DNA of 64,000 bases from Chitinophagales bacterium (GCA_031424995.1 JANPIP010000041.1:1077-65076), one strand, 5' to 3'; shown: positions 10,935 to 21,141, numbered from the stretch's first letter. Notes: generated from the letters alone by a model not told the origin. Made by a program: numbers and translations.

Positions 10935-11572
10935 TGAGAGTAAAAGTTTGTGGCATGACGGATGTGGAACAGGTAAAGCAGCTTGACAGCCTTGGCGTTG
11001 AGTTTTGCGGCTTTATCTTTTATCCAAAAAGTCCGCGGTATGTTTTTAAACATATACCTGCCATCAACATAAAAAAAATTAAGGGCAAGATAAATAAGGT
11101 GGGTGTTTTTGTAAACCCCCAGCCTGAAGATGTGTTAAAGACGGTAGATGATTGCGGTTTATACCTTGTGCAGTTGCATGGGGATGAAAGTGCAAGGCAG
11201 TGTGAAAAAATTTCAGACTATGTATCTGTAATTAAAGCATTTCGTTTGTCAGAAGGGGATAATATTCTCTGGAAGATAAAAGATTATATAGAAGTGGTGG
11301 ATATGTTTTTGTTTGATACTGAGGGGGTTGGATATGGTGGAACAGGTAAAAAATTTAACTGGGAAGCTTTGTTGGGATTGAACATTAACAAACCTTTTTT
11401 TCTCAGTGGTGGCATTCAGCCAGATGATGTGGCAGCTTTGCGTGAGTTTAAAAAAGACCCTGTAGCTAAGGATTTGTTTGCGGTAGATGTGAACAGCAGA
11501 TTTGAAACAGCCCCAGGAGTTAAAGACATGGAAAAAGTTAAGACCTTTGTTTCGCAATTAAAACAGGGTTGA
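10934..11572 (+). CDS. trpF: Phosphoribosylanthranilate isomerase
   Basis: MRVKVCGMT..., VQLHGDE and FLSGGI motifs. The start overlaps the trpC stop. Confidence 0.88.
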   Translation: MRVKVCGMTDVEQVKQLDSLGVEFCGFIFYPKSPRYVFKHIPAINIKKIKGKINKVGVFVNPQPEDVLKTVDDCGLYLVQLHGDESARQCEKISDYVSVIKAFRLSEGDNILWKIKDYIEVVDMFLFDTEGVGYGGTGKKFNWEALLGLNINKPFFLSGGIQPDDVAALREFKKDPVAKDLFAVDVNSRFETAPGVKDMEKVKTFVSQLKQG

Positions 11573-11588
11573 TACGTTTATATAGCAC

Positions 11589-13412
11589 ATGAAACAGTTT
11601 GTTTTATTGGTAACACTAATAATGGTGTTGTCTTCTGCTGATGCACAGTCGCAAAAGATAACAGGCACATTGTTGGCCAAACCAAACAAATCAATCACTG
11701 TTTTGCCCAATAAGATTATAGGAATGGACGTAGCAGAGCCACAAAAAAAGGAAGATGATGTCATTCAGCCTACGCGTGGTTTTGTATTTAACAAGCCAGT
11801 GATACAGTCAAATACTGGTGCAGCTTCAAGCAATTCGCAACCTGTTTCTAATCAGCAACCAGCAAAAAATGAACAGGCAAATGCTGCCAAACGTCAATCA
11901 TCAACCTTTAATGCAGAAGCGGGAAAAAGTACAACCTTAGCAGCAGGAACCACTTATCTTCCAAAACCTTCCGTGCAGGTATCATCAACGCCAGGGCAAT
12001 TAATACCTGAATCTAATAGTAGCAGTAATTACAAATCACCTTTTTCAGGCATATTAAAATATGAAGAGCCACCTGTTAAAAAAGCGGAACCCGCAAAACA
12101 GACAGGTACTACATCAATAGTTAATACAAAAGAGCCTGAAGTTTCGTATGGCCTCGTATATGGGCCGCCGCCCGTACCTGCAAATGGATTAAAATCGCCC
12201 ACTATACAGGGCATGTACAAAGCAGAACCTAAAAAGGCCATCACGCTTTTGCCAGTCCCAGCTTCTGAGCTGGAAGCTATTGAACAGCAAAAAAGGGATG
12301 AGCTGGAGGCTGCAAAACAAACTGCACAAACTCAAACACAACAAAATCAAGGTTCATCTTATAAGGCAACAAGTCAATTAAGCAAAGAAGAGCAGTTGCA
12401 GCAAGATTTTAACCACCAGGTTGGTTCAGGTAGTATTCGTGAGTTGAAGAAAGAAGACCAGTTACAGTCAGATTTTAACAGGCATATTAACTCAAACCCA
12501 GAAATAATTGATGCGCCTGCAAAAAACTCAAAACGTTCATCAAACAAGAACAAGAAAGAAACGGCCGAAAAATCACAACAAAATTCTGCATCTGCAAACG
12601 ATTCAAAGTACAGGTTTGCAATGCCTGTAAAACAATCTTCCACTGAAAACATACAGTCAATACCTGTAGGTTCTCATGTGTTGCAAGATTTTGAAGAAAC
12701 TGGCAATGTAACTGTTGATAAAACGGCCAGTAACGAAACGGTAATAAAGTCAAGAACTACATTAAAAGATAAACAGGAACTATCATCAGTTAGAAAACAA
12801 GCAGATAAGCCCGTGATGCAGCAGCAGAGTGCTGAAAAAAAGTTTAACCTTCCTGCGCCTGTGGTACAAAAGCAAACACCTGCTGTTATACAACAAAATG
12901 AAGAAAGGGCAGCAGCAAGGCCATCTTCATCAAACACAGTTACAGTGCGTGAAGACAATCATAAACCTGTTACTAATCAAGCACAAAGCAACAATACCAA
13001 CACCATAAGCGGCAGAACAGATTACAAGTTTTATATGTCGCCCAATGGCAAATACACCATTGTTTTTAATGCAGCAGGCAGCAGTGTTACCGTTACAAGT
13101 TTTGGCAGAGTGAACGATTTTGCCATGCCTTCAGATGGTGGCAGCGGTAAACCATCCTACAATTATAAAGGGTTAATAGATGCTGTGGGCAGCCTGCCTT
13201 TGCAGTATAATTACGAAGGGCGTGTATCTGCGGTAGGCGCCATGCCTTTAACTTATAATTATAATGGCGCTATAGAAAAAGTGGGCGATACGCCTATTAC
13301 ATATAATTACAACGGAACTGTTGATAAAATTGGCAACAGTAAAATTTCATACGATTACCAGGGCAATATTACCAGCATGGACAAAAATGCACTGGTGCTG
13401 TTAAAGCAATAA
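11589..13412 (+). CDS. Secreted low-complexity protein of unknown function, embedded in the trp operon
   Basis: Signal peptide MKQFVLLVTLIMVLSSADAQ, a Q/S/N/K/P-rich body, and 5-6 C-terminal ~15-aa repeats (P-L/I-x-YNY-x-G-x4-VG). No Trp or Cys was seen in 607 aa. Confidence 0.6.
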   Translation: MKQFVLLVTLIMVLSSADAQSQKITGTLLAKPNKSITVLPNKIIGMDVAEPQKKEDDVIQPTRGFVFNKPVIQSNTGAASSNSQPVSNQQPAKNEQANAAKRQSSTFNAEAGKSTTLAAGTTYLPKPSVQVSSTPGQLIPESNSSSNYKSPFSGILKYEEPPVKKAEPAKQTGTTSIVNTKEPEVSYGLVYGPPPVPANGLKSPTIQGMYKAEPKKAITLLPVPASELEAIEQQKRDELEAAKQTAQTQTQQNQGSSYKATSQLSKEEQLQQDFNHQVGSGSIRELKKEDQLQSDFNRHINSNPEIIDAPAKNSKRSSNKNKKETAEKSQQNSASANDSKYRFAMPVKQSSTENIQSIPVGSHVLQDFEETGNVTVDKTASNETVIKSRTTLKDKQELSSVRKQADKPVMQQQSAEKKFNLPAPVVQKQTPAVIQQNEERAAARPSSSNTVTVREDNHKPVTNQAQSNNTNTISGRTDYKFYMSPNGKYTIVFNAAGSSVTVTSFGRVNDFAMPSDGGSGKPSYNYKGLIDAVGSLPLQYNYEGRVSAVGAMPLTYNYNGAIEKVGDTPITYNYNGTVDKIGNSKISYDYQGNITSMDKNALVLLKQ

Positions 13413-13774
13413 TTATGGTTAGTGAATGTGAGATAATCAACATCGAAAAAGCATGTATCTTTTTAAATACAGGAATTGAAAAATTCAAGGGCGTAACCCT
13501 GCGGGTCGGGCTATCCGTTCCAAGTCCTCGTTACGCTTCGCTGCACTGCGGGCTTTCCACTGCTATCCCTTACGCAATAGTGCATCAGGCTTCTACTTTT
13601 GCAGGCAACACAAGTTGGCGATGGTGTAAATAATAAAGCTCAATCGCCAGCCAAAAGCTCCCGTATCCAAAAGATTCTGCGAATGCGACGCTCTCAGAGT
13701 TCTGTGGACAACTACAGCTTCATTACACTACAAAAAACGGTCAACAAAATTTTAAAAAATTCAACCTACTAGAT

Positions 13775-14995
13775 ATGACAAGTGCGGAAATTATATCAGC
13801 AACAGACTTTCAAAACCCTGATGCACAGGGTTATTACGGCAAATTTGGTGGTGCTTACATACCCGAAATGCTGCACAAAAATGTAGAAGAATTAAAGTCA
13901 AAGTATTTGACTATCATGGCTGAAGAAAGCTTCCAGCAAGAGTTTCGGCAGTTATTGAAAGATTATGTAGGCAGGCCAACACCATTGTTTTATGCCGATA
14001 ATTTAAGTAAAGAATTCAATACTAATATCTATTTAAAACGCGAAGACCTTTGCCATACAGGTGCCCATAAAATAAACAATACCATTGGCCAAATTTTGCT
14101 TGCAAGAAGGCTGGGTAAAACACGCATTATTGCAGAAACAGGTGCTGGTCAGCATGGCGTTGCCACTGCAACAGTTTGCGCATTAAAAGGAATGGAGTGT
14201 ATTGTGTACATGGGCGAAGTGGATATTGAACGCCAGGCTCCCAATGTTGCACGTATGAAGATGCTTGGTGCTACCGTAATACCTGCAAAGAGCGGCAGCA
14301 GAACTTTAAAAGATGCTACCAACGAAGCTATCCGCGACTGGATTAACAACCCCAACGATACACATTATATTATTGGCAGTGTGGTTGGTCCACACCCTTA
14401 TCCTGACATGGTAGCGCGTTTTCAAAGTATTATCAGCAAAGAAATGCGTGCGCAATTGCTTGAAAAAACGGGTAGTGAATTGCCAACGCATGTAGTGGCC
14501 TGTGTTGGTGGTGGCAGTAATGCAGCAGGTGCTTTTTATCATTTTTTAAACGAACCTACGGTGCAACTGGTAGCTGTAGAAGCGGCTGGTCACGGTGTAA
14601 ATTCTGGCTTTAGTGCAGCAACAACGCAATTGGGCAAACCCGGTGTTTTGCATGGCAGCAAAAGCCTTGTAATGCAAACAGAAGATGGCCAGGTAGTAGA
14701 GCCACACAGCATTTCAGCAGGTTTGGATTATCCTGGTATAGGGCCTATGCATGCCAATTTATTTAAAAGTAGTCGTGGTTTGTTTTTAAGTGTTACCGAT
14801 GAGGATGCCCTTAAAGCAGCTTTTCATGTGGCAAAAACCGAAGGCATTATTTCCGCCCTTGAAACAGCTCATGCCTTTTCCGCGTTGCATCAAATGGTAT
14901 TAACTCCAAAAGATGTGGTGGTTATTTGCTTAAGCGGTCGTGGCGATAAAGACCTGGCAACATATATGAAGGTAATGGATACCCCTAACCCCTAA
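13775..14995 (+). CDS. trpB: Tryptophan synthase beta chain
   Basis: HTGAHKINN (PLP lysine) and GGGSNAAG, 406 aa. Confidence 0.93.
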   Translation: MTSAEIISATDFQNPDAQGYYGKFGGAYIPEMLHKNVEELKSKYLTIMAEESFQQEFRQLLKDYVGRPTPLFYADNLSKEFNTNIYLKREDLCHTGAHKINNTIGQILLARRLGKTRIIAETGAGQHGVATATVCALKGMECIVYMGEVDIERQAPNVARMKMLGATVIPAKSGSRTLKDATNEAIRDWINNPNDTHYIIGSVVGPHPYPDMVARFQSIISKEMRAQLLEKTGSELPTHVVACVGGGSNAAGAFYHFLNEPTVQLVAVEAAGHGVNSGFSAATTQLGKPGVLHGSKSLVMQTEDGQVVEPHSISAGLDYPGIGPMHANLFKSSRGLFLSVTDEDALKAAFHVAKTEGIISALETAHAFSALHQMVLTPKDVVVICLSGRGDKDLATYMKVMDTPNP

Positions 14996-15027
14996 AGGGG
15001 AACGATTGGTGCGAAGATTGTGTGCTA

Positions 15028-15110
15028 TTTTTTGAGGTCAGCTAAATAACATTATGAAGCTTCGTTCCGCCTAAGGCGGATACTTGTACGTTTTAATACT
15101 TTATTGAGCT
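15028..15110. repeat. ~80-bp intergenic repeat family, copy C (trpB|trpA spacer)
   Basis: TTTTTTGAGGTCAGC...CCGCCTAAGGCGG...ACTTGTACGTTTTAATACTTTATTGAGCT shares both ends with copies A and B. Confidence 0.55.
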
Positions 15111-15153
15111 ACAGGTTTTAATTAAAATCAACCTATAATTCTCAACTAAAAAA

Positions 15154-15966
15154 ATGAGTAGAATAACTGAACTCTTTACAAGCAACCCTTCAGGGGCGGG
15201 CCATGGTATACTTAACATATACTGCACGGCAGGCTATCCAAAACTTGACAGTACTCTAACTGTAATGCGGTCGTTACTAGATAATGGCGCAGACCTTATT
15301 GAGCTTGGAATGCCTTACAGCGACCCTTTAGCTGATGGCCCAGTAATACAGGCTAGCGGTGCTATTGCTATTGAAAATGGTATGACCATCGCAGTGCTTT
15401 TTGAGCAGTTAAAAGGATGGAAAGAAATACGGGATTCCCAGAATACTTCTTCAGGGGCAGGCGGACTGATTTTAATGGGCTACATGAACCCTGTGTTACA
15501 ATATGGCTTTGAAAAATTTTGTGCAGATGCCGCTGCTGTTGGTGTTGATGGGTTGATTTTGCCTGACCTTCCTGAGTATGAATTTGAAACGGAATTTGGT
15601 GCTATCATTAAAAAATATGGCCTTGATTTTATCTTTCTTGTTACACCAGAAACCAGTGAAGAAAGGCTGCTTAAACTTGATGCATTAAGCACTGGGTTTT
15701 TATATGCTGTTTCTTCTTCATCAACCACTGGTAACGAAAAAGATTTTAATGCTGTTGAAGCCTACCTGCAACGCCTGCAATCCATGCAATTAAAGAATCC
15801 TGTACTGGTTGGTTTTGGTATAAAAGATAAAGCCACCTTTGCCAGTGCCTGCAAATACGCCAACGGTGCAATTATAGGTTCAGCTTATATTAAAGCATTG
15901 GAAGGAAAAGAAGATGTTGCAGCGGCTACAAAAGATTTTTTAAAAACAATTTTACCCCAACCCTAA
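15154..15966 (+). CDS. trpA: Tryptophan synthase alpha chain
   Basis: ELGMPYSDPLADGPVIQ and GFGI motifs, 270 aa. Confidence 0.9.
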   Translation: MSRITELFTSNPSGAGHGILNIYCTAGYPKLDSTLTVMRSLLDNGADLIELGMPYSDPLADGPVIQASGAIAIENGMTIAVLFEQLKGWKEIRDSQNTSSGAGGLILMGYMNPVLQYGFEKFCADAAAVGVDGLILPDLPEYEFETEFGAIIKKYGLDFIFLVTPETSEERLLKLDALSTGFLYAVSSSSTTGNEKDFNAVEAYLQRLQSMQLKNPVLVGFGIKDKATFASACKYANGAIIGSAYIKALEGKEDVAAATKDFLKTILPQP

Positions 15967-15992
15967 AGGGAGTAATATAAATCGCTACAAAG

Positions 15993-16637
15993 ATGTCAGA
16001 CGAAAATAACAAGCTCTCCCAGGCTCCCCTTTCTGCGGGCGGGGGGGGTATCGTCATTATAAAATACAACGCAGGCAATATCCAAAGCGTTTTGTATGCG
16101 CTGGAACGTATTGGTATAAATGCTACTGTAACAGCCAATCACGAGGAAATTCTTGCTGCGGATAAAGTTATTTTTCCTGGTGTTGGCGAGGCCAGCAGCG
16201 CCATGAACAGTTTAAAGGAAAATAACCTTGATGCACTTATTAAAGAATTGAAACAACCTGTGCTTGGCATTTGTGTGGGCATGCAGTTGCTGTGTAAATA
16301 CTCAGAAGAAAACAATACTGAATGCCTTGGCATTTTTGATGAGCCTGTAAAATTGTTCAAGCCAACTACTGCTGATGCTTTAAAGGTTCCAAAAATTGGA
16401 TGGAACAATATTTATGACCTCAAGTCACCATTAATGCAGGGTATTGAAGAGAACAGTTACTGCTATTTTGTGCATAGTTATTATGTTCCTCAAAATGCAT
16501 ACACTATTGCCACTGCGGATTATGTGCAACCTTACAGTGCAGCTATTCATAAGAATAACTTTTACGGAGTTCAGTTTCACACTGAAAAATCTTCGAATGT
16601 TGGAGAACAAATTTTAAAAAACTTTATTACCCTATAG
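15993..16637 (+). CDS. hisH: Imidazole glycerol phosphate synthase, glutaminase subunit
   Basis: GNIQSV, GICVGMQLL (catalytic Cys) and VQFHTEKS motifs. The N-terminal extension carries a G-rich insert. Confidence 0.88.
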   Translation: MSDENNKLSQAPLSAGGGGIVIIKYNAGNIQSVLYALERIGINATVTANHEEILAADKVIFPGVGEASSAMNSLKENNLDALIKELKQPVLGICVGMQLLCKYSEENNTECLGIFDEPVKLFKPTTADALKVPKIGWNNIYDLKSPLMQGIEENSYCYFVHSYYVPQNAYTIATADYVQPYSAAIHKNNFYGVQFHTEKSSNVGEQILKNFITL

Positions 16638-16693
16638 ACGTCATGTTGAGGCACGAGACATCTGCTTTAACATGATAAGAATTAAATAAAAGC

Positions 16694-17410
16694 ATGACAA
16701 TTATTCCCGCCATAGACATCATAGATGGTAAATGCGTTCGCCTTACCCAAGGCGACTATTCGCAGAAAACAATTTACAATGAACACCCTTTGGAAGTTGC
16801 CAAAGAGTTTGAAGATGCAGGCTTAAAAAGGCTGCATCTTGTTGACCTTGATGGCGCTAAAGCGGGCGCTGTTAAAAACTGGAAAGTGCTGGAAGCCATT
16901 GCTTCAAAAACCAATATGGTGATTGATTTTGGTGGCGGCATAAAAACAAACAGCGATGTTGATATTGTGTTTCAATCAGGTGCCGCTTTAGCAACTGTTG
17001 GCAGTATTGCAGTAAAAGATAAAACTACTTTTGTAAGCTGGCTGCAGCAATATGGCGCAGAAAAATTTTTATTGGGTGCTGATGTGAAAGATGAAAAGAT
17101 TGCCGTTGGCGGCTGGCTGGAAACCACAGATGTTTGGATATACGATTTTATTGAAAGCTATATACAGCAAGGTATTCAGCAGTTGTTTTGCACTGATGTA
17201 AGTAAAGATGGCAAGCTGGAAGGCCCTTCAACGGAATTGTATAAGAACATCATTCAAAAATTTCCTAAGCTGCATTTTATAGCAAGTGGTGGCGTAGCAA
17301 CGCTGGATGATTTAATTACCTTACAGGAAATTGGTTGCAGCGGTGCCATTGTAGGTAAGGCCATTTATGAGAACAGGATTTCTTTAAAAGATTTAAAAGG
17401 GTTTATATAA
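16694..17410 (+). CDS. hisA: 1-(5-phosphoribosyl)-5-[(5-phosphoribosylamino)methylideneamino]imidazole-4-carboxamide isomerase
   Basis: [21 protein letters not shown] and SGGV motifs, 238 aa. Confidence 0.88.
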   Translation: MTIIPAIDIIDGKCVRLTQGDYSQKTIYNEHPLEVAKEFEDAGLKRLHLVDLDGAKAGAVKNWKVLEAIASKTNMVIDFGGGIKTNSDVDIVFQSGAALATVGSIAVKDKTTFVSWLQQYGAEKFLLGADVKDEKIAVGGWLETTDVWIYDFIESYIQQGIQQLFCTDVSKDGKLEGPSTELYKNIIQKFPKLHFIASGGVATLDDLITLQEIGCSGAIVGKAIYENRISLKDLKGFI

Positions 17411-18213
17411 TGAGTGTAACTGAAAATAATAGCACTGTGCAGGCAGAAGGACGGGGTCTCACCAAAAGAATTATCCCCTGCCTTGATATACGTGATGGGC
17501 GTACCGTTAAAGGCATCAACTTTGAAAATATTCGCGATGCTGGTGACCCTGTAGAATTGGGTGCTTTCTACGCTAAAGAAGGCGCAGACGAACTGGTATT
17601 TCTTGATATAACTGCTACCAACGAAAAACGTAAAACGCTTAGCGAACTGGTAAGCCGCATTGCACGCAATATCAATATTCCGTTTACGGTTGGTGGTGGT
17701 GTAAGCAGTGTAGAAGATGCTTCTGTGTTATTGAAAAATGGTGCGGATAAAGTAAGCATCAATACTGCAGCTTATAAAAATCCGCAGTTGATTAATGATT
17801 TAGCAAAAGAATTCGGCAGCCAGTTTGTGGTTTTGGCAATTGATACCAAACAGGAAGATGATGGCGAATGGTATGTATATTTAAACGGTGGCCGTGTTAA
17901 AACTGATACCAAATGTTTTGACTGGGCAAAGCAGGCTGTTGAACTTGGTGCAGGTGAAATTTTGCTCACCTCTATGAACCATGATGGAACCAAACAGGGT
18001 TTTGCACTGGATATTACCAGCCGTTTAAGTGAAAGCCTGCCTGTGCCTGTAATTGCAAGCGGCGGCGGTGGTACCATGCCACATTTCGTGGATGTATTTA
18101 TGACAGGTAAAGCAGATGCAGCATTGGCTGCAAGCATTTTTCATTTTAAAGAAGTGGCAATACCTGATTTGAAAAGTTATTTAAGAGTACAAAACATAAA
18201 TGTTCGCATATGA
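17410..18213 (+). CDS. hisF: Imidazole glycerol phosphate synthase, cyclase subunit
   Basis: [28 protein letters not shown] and ASGGGG motifs. The start overlaps the hisA stop. Confidence 0.9.
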   Translation: MSVTENNSTVQAEGRGLTKRIIPCLDIRDGRTVKGINFENIRDAGDPVELGAFYAKEGADELVFLDITATNEKRKTLSELVSRIARNINIPFTVGGGVSSVEDASVLLKNGADKVSINTAAYKNPQLINDLAKEFGSQFVVLAIDTKQEDDGEWYVYLNGGRVKTDTKCFDWAKQAVELGAGEILLTSMNHDGTKQGFALDITSRLSESLPVPVIASGGGGTMPHFVDVFMTGKADAALAASIFHFKEVAIPDLKSYLRVQNINVRI

Positions 18214-18371
18214 CAAACTATTTTCCTTTTGCACTTATTGCACTTGTAATAGTGATGCGTTTTACATTTTCGTCCAATAAAAAAAGACGCGAGTTTAACC
18301 AAGAGCGGAGGGATAGTTTAAATCAACTGAGAAAAGAATATTTAAGTTCGCTCTTGACTAAAGGTGATTGA
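18210..18371 (+). CDS. Possible 53-aa single-pass membrane peptide, coupled to the hisF stop
   Basis: The ATG at 18210 overlaps the hisF TGA (ATGA). It translates to [53 protein letters not shown], one hydrophobic helix plus a basic tail. It falls below the ORF-track size cutoff and has no homology support. Confidence 0.25.
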   Translation: MTNYFPFALIALVIVMRFTFSSNKKRREFNQERRDSLNQLRKEYLSSLLTKGD

Positions 18372-18388
18372 TAATGGATTGATTTGTT

Positions 18389-18467
18389 AGCTCAATAAAG
18401 ATATGAACGTACAAGTGTGCGACGCAACGATGTTCAATTAATATCCAAAAGCTGGTCACCAAAAAAA
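18389..18467. repeat. ~80-bp intergenic repeat family, copy B (hisF|hisIE spacer, inverted)
   Basis: The reverse complement reads TTTTTTTGGTGACCAGC...GCGTCGCACACTTGTACGTTCATATCTTTATTGAGCT. It shares a 17-nt identical core with 8108-8124. Confidence 0.6.
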
Positions 18468-18547
18468 GAAAACGAATACTAAGGTTGTAAGAATAATTCG
18501 TGTAATTCGCCTGAATTCGTGTTGAAAATTTAATTCGTGTAACTATT

Positions 18548-19144
18548 ATGACAGTCGATTTTAAAAAATACAGTGATGGCCTGGTACCTGCAATTGTGCA
18601 GGATGCCGCTACGCAAAAAGTGTTGATGCTTGGTTTTATGGATGAAGCGGCCCTTGCAAAAACCAATGAAACAGGTAAAGTAACTTTTTACAGTCGCAGT
18701 AAACAACGCCTGTGGACGAAAGGCGAGGAGAGTGGTAACTTTCTGAACCTGGTAAGTGTGGCGGTGGATTGTGATAATGATACGCTGCTGGTAAAAGCAA
18801 ATCCTGTAGGGCCTGTTTGCCATACTGGTGCCGATACCTGCTGGAACGAAACGAACACCCAAAGCGATTTTCTGTTGTTTTTGGAACAGGTAATTGAAGA
18901 ACGAAGTAAGGTTTCGCCTGAGGAATCGTATACAGCTAAAATGCTTGCCCGTGGAATAAATAAAGTAGCGCAGAAAGTGGGGGAGGAAGCTGTGGAACTG
19001 GTTATTGAAGCCAAGGATGATAATAAGGAATTGTTTTTGGGTGAAGCAGCCGATTTGATGTTTCATTATTTGCTGTTGCTTAACGCCAAAGGATTTAAAT
19101 TGCAGGAAGTTTTTGAGGTTTTACAAAAAAGACATAAAAAATAG
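18548..19144 (+). CDS. hisI: Bifunctional phosphoribosyl-AMP cyclohydrolase / phosphoribosyl-ATP pyrophosphatase
   Basis: LVPAIVQD...WTKGEESGN...CHTG (HisI half) followed by KVGEEAVELVIEA...EAADLMFH (HisE half). Confidence 0.88.
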   Translation: MTVDFKKYSDGLVPAIVQDAATQKVLMLGFMDEAALAKTNETGKVTFYSRSKQRLWTKGEESGNFLNLVSVAVDCDNDTLLVKANPVGPVCHTGADTCWNETNTQSDFLLFLEQVIEERSKVSPEESYTAKMLARGINKVAQKVGEEAVELVIEAKDDNKELFLGEAADLMFHYLLLLNAKGFKLQEVFEVLQKRHKK

Positions 19145-19145
19145 T

Positions 19146-20216
19146 ATGAAGAAGTTGTTGTTGTTTGGATTGCTTTTGCCGGCATTTGTTATTGCACAAA
19201 ACGGTTTTAGCGTTAAAGGAAATATTAAAGGGTTGAAAGACAGTACCCTTGTGTTTTTGCAAAATGGCATGGGTGCTACCATTGCACAGGATTATGCGAA
19301 AAAGGGTTTGTTTACATTAAAAGGCAAGCTTGATAATCCAGACCTTTTTCAGTTAAGTTTTATTGGCTATAAAGACAATGTTGAGTTGTTTATTAATAAT
19401 GAAAATGTAACTGTTACAGGCGAAGCCGCGAAGCTGAAATCTTCATTGGTAGCTGGTTCTGCACTGCATGCAGATTATAAGTTTTTTCTTTCAGGCTTTA
19501 CACCGCTGAGTGATAAACTTGGCAAAATGGTGCCATTGATTAATGCTGAAAAAGAAGGTAAAAAACGCGACAGTTTAATTGCTGTATTTACTGCAACACG
19601 TAGTAAGTTAAGCGCGGTGGTTGATAACTTTTTGAAAGCAAAACCTGCTTCTGCGGTTAGTTCTTTTGTACTGTTCCAGTTAAATAAATTATACGAGCCT
19701 GCTGTTGTAGAAGAAAAATATAATGCCCTGCAGTCTTCAGCCAAGAACATTGCTTATGCAAGGGAAATTGAAAAGATTATTTCGGCTTCTAAAGTTGGCG
19801 GCATAGGTACTATGGCTACCAATTTTACGCAGAATGATACTGCCAATGTTCCTGTAAGCCTTTCTTCTTTTAAAGGAAAATATGTACTGATAGATTTTTG
19901 GGCAAGCTGGTGTAGGCCCTGCAGAATGGAAAATCCAAATGTGGTAACCGCGTATAATACTTTTAAAGATAAAAATTTTACCGTGCTTGGTGTTTCGCTT
20001 GATCAGGCAAAAGACAACTGGCTAAAGGCTATTGCTGTAGATAATCTTACTTGGACACATGTTAGTGACCTGCAATACTGGAATAATGCAGTTGCTAAAA
20101 TGTATAATATTCAAAGCATTCCCGCCAATATGTTAATTGGTCCCGATGGAAAAATTATTGGTAAAGATTTGCGTGGAGAAGAATTGCAGCAGAAGTTAAA
20201 AGAGTTGTTGAAATAG
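19146..20216 (+). CDS. TlpA-family thiol:disulfide oxidoreductase with N-terminal DUF4369-like domain
   Basis: Signal peptide MKKLLLFGLLLPAFVIAQ and redox motif WASWCRPC. The start is taken at 19146 rather than the ORF-track 19113. Confidence 0.8.
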   Translation: MKKLLLFGLLLPAFVIAQNGFSVKGNIKGLKDSTLVFLQNGMGATIAQDYAKKGLFTLKGKLDNPDLFQLSFIGYKDNVELFINNENVTVTGEAAKLKSSLVAGSALHADYKFFLSGFTPLSDKLGKMVPLINAEKEGKKRDSLIAVFTATRSKLSAVVDNFLKAKPASAVSSFVLFQLNKLYEPAVVEEKYNALQSSAKNIAYAREIEKIISASKVGGIGTMATNFTQNDTANVPVSLSSFKGKYVLIDFWASWCRPCRMENPNVVTAYNTFKDKNFTVLGVSLDQAKDNWLKAIAVDNLTWTHVSDLQYWNNAVAKMYNIQSIPANMLIGPDGKIIGKDLRGEELQQKLKELLK

Positions 20217-20316
20217 AATTTTAATTCATTTCGGTGTGTGAGACACACCTAAATGAATATAATAGCGTTTTTACACTTTTAAATTTCTGAGTGAGGCTTT
20301 TGGCGGGTGGTGTTAA

Positions 20317-21141
20317 TCATCCTTTTTCAACAGAGGTTTCCCAACCATCATAGTTTCCATTACATTCTTCTGCCAACTCCCATAAATTTAACACACAATC
20401 GTCAATACTATCAATGTCAACCTTGTCTACCCTTGCAATTTGCAATGAATAAGGAAAGTCTGAGCTTTCTATCTCGAAGTCTTGATTAACAATTTGAAAT
20501 CCATCGCCTTTTATTTTTGTTAGAAACTGTGCTCTATCATTTTGTGTTTCAAAATAAATCCAATGATCAACTTGCCTTTCTTTTGTTAAAAGATCCCCAT
20601 TTTCTTCAAGGTTTTCTATTACTCTTCGGTTTTGGATACTTTGAAATTGTCTTGGGTCTGGGTAAAGAAAATCAAGATAAGTCTCCCAGTTTTGCTCCTC
20701 CTTGGTTCCAAATTCATAACGGTACGAAGGAAATGCAACCAAAGCTTCTGAAATTGTTTTATCATAGATTGTTGTATCCTCAAAATAAAAAAAGTAATCC
20801 CGATGATTGTTGTTTGTTAAACGTCCTGCATAAATTGAGTTGTGTTTAACTGAAATGAATTCTTTAAGTCTGTCTTCAATTTCTACAAGTTTATCGAATT
20901 CTTCATTTGATGATAAGCCATCTTCGCCTGGGTAATTCATTTTTAACGAAATCCAGACTAAATTAGGTTTGTCATTTATAGGGGCGATAGTTATTAAGCC
21001 TAAATCAATATAAAAAGAGCCAATAACACTTTCAACATTGCTTAAGTAAAAATCCCATTCTTCTTCGTGAATAGGATTGTTGATTTTTTCTTGTTGATTT
21101 TCTTGTTCTTTTTTGCCAAAAAGATTGTCAAATAGTCCCAT
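20317..21141 (-). CDS. DUF695 / RraB-like two-domain protein (function unknown)
   Basis: 274 aa and acidic. The N-terminal half resembles DUF695 and the C-terminal half resembles the RraB-like regulator fold (VDHWIYF...). Recognition is by eye, in an AT-rich locus. Confidence 0.4.
   Translation of the reverse strand: MGLFDNLFGKKEQENQQEKINNPIHEEEWDFYLSNVESVIGSFYIDLGLITIAPINDKPNLVWISLKMNYPGEDGLSSNEEFDKLVEIEDRLKEFISVKHNSIYAGRLTNNNHRDYFFYFEDTTIYDKTISEALVAFPSYRYEFGTKEEQNWETYLDFLYPDPRQFQSIQNRRVIENLEENGDLLTKERQVDHWIYFETQNDRAQFLTKIKGDGFQIVNQDFEIESSDFPYSLQIARVDKVDIDSIDDCVLNLWELAEECNGNYDGWETSVEKG

Noticed and set aside
13415-13633. A 72-aa ORF in the spacer before trpB.
   Set aside because: It runs through a GC-rich repeat-like element, has an odd composition (GLSVPSPRYASLHCGLSTAIP) and has no start context. 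It is most likely a by-product of the structured element.
19113-19145. The upstream start of the TlpA-like ORF (MRFYKKDIKNS...), which overlaps hisIE.
   Set aside because: The Met at 19146 begins a canonical signal peptide (MKKLLLFGLLLPAFVIAQ), while the extension overlaps the hisIE 3' end. The downstream start is preferred.
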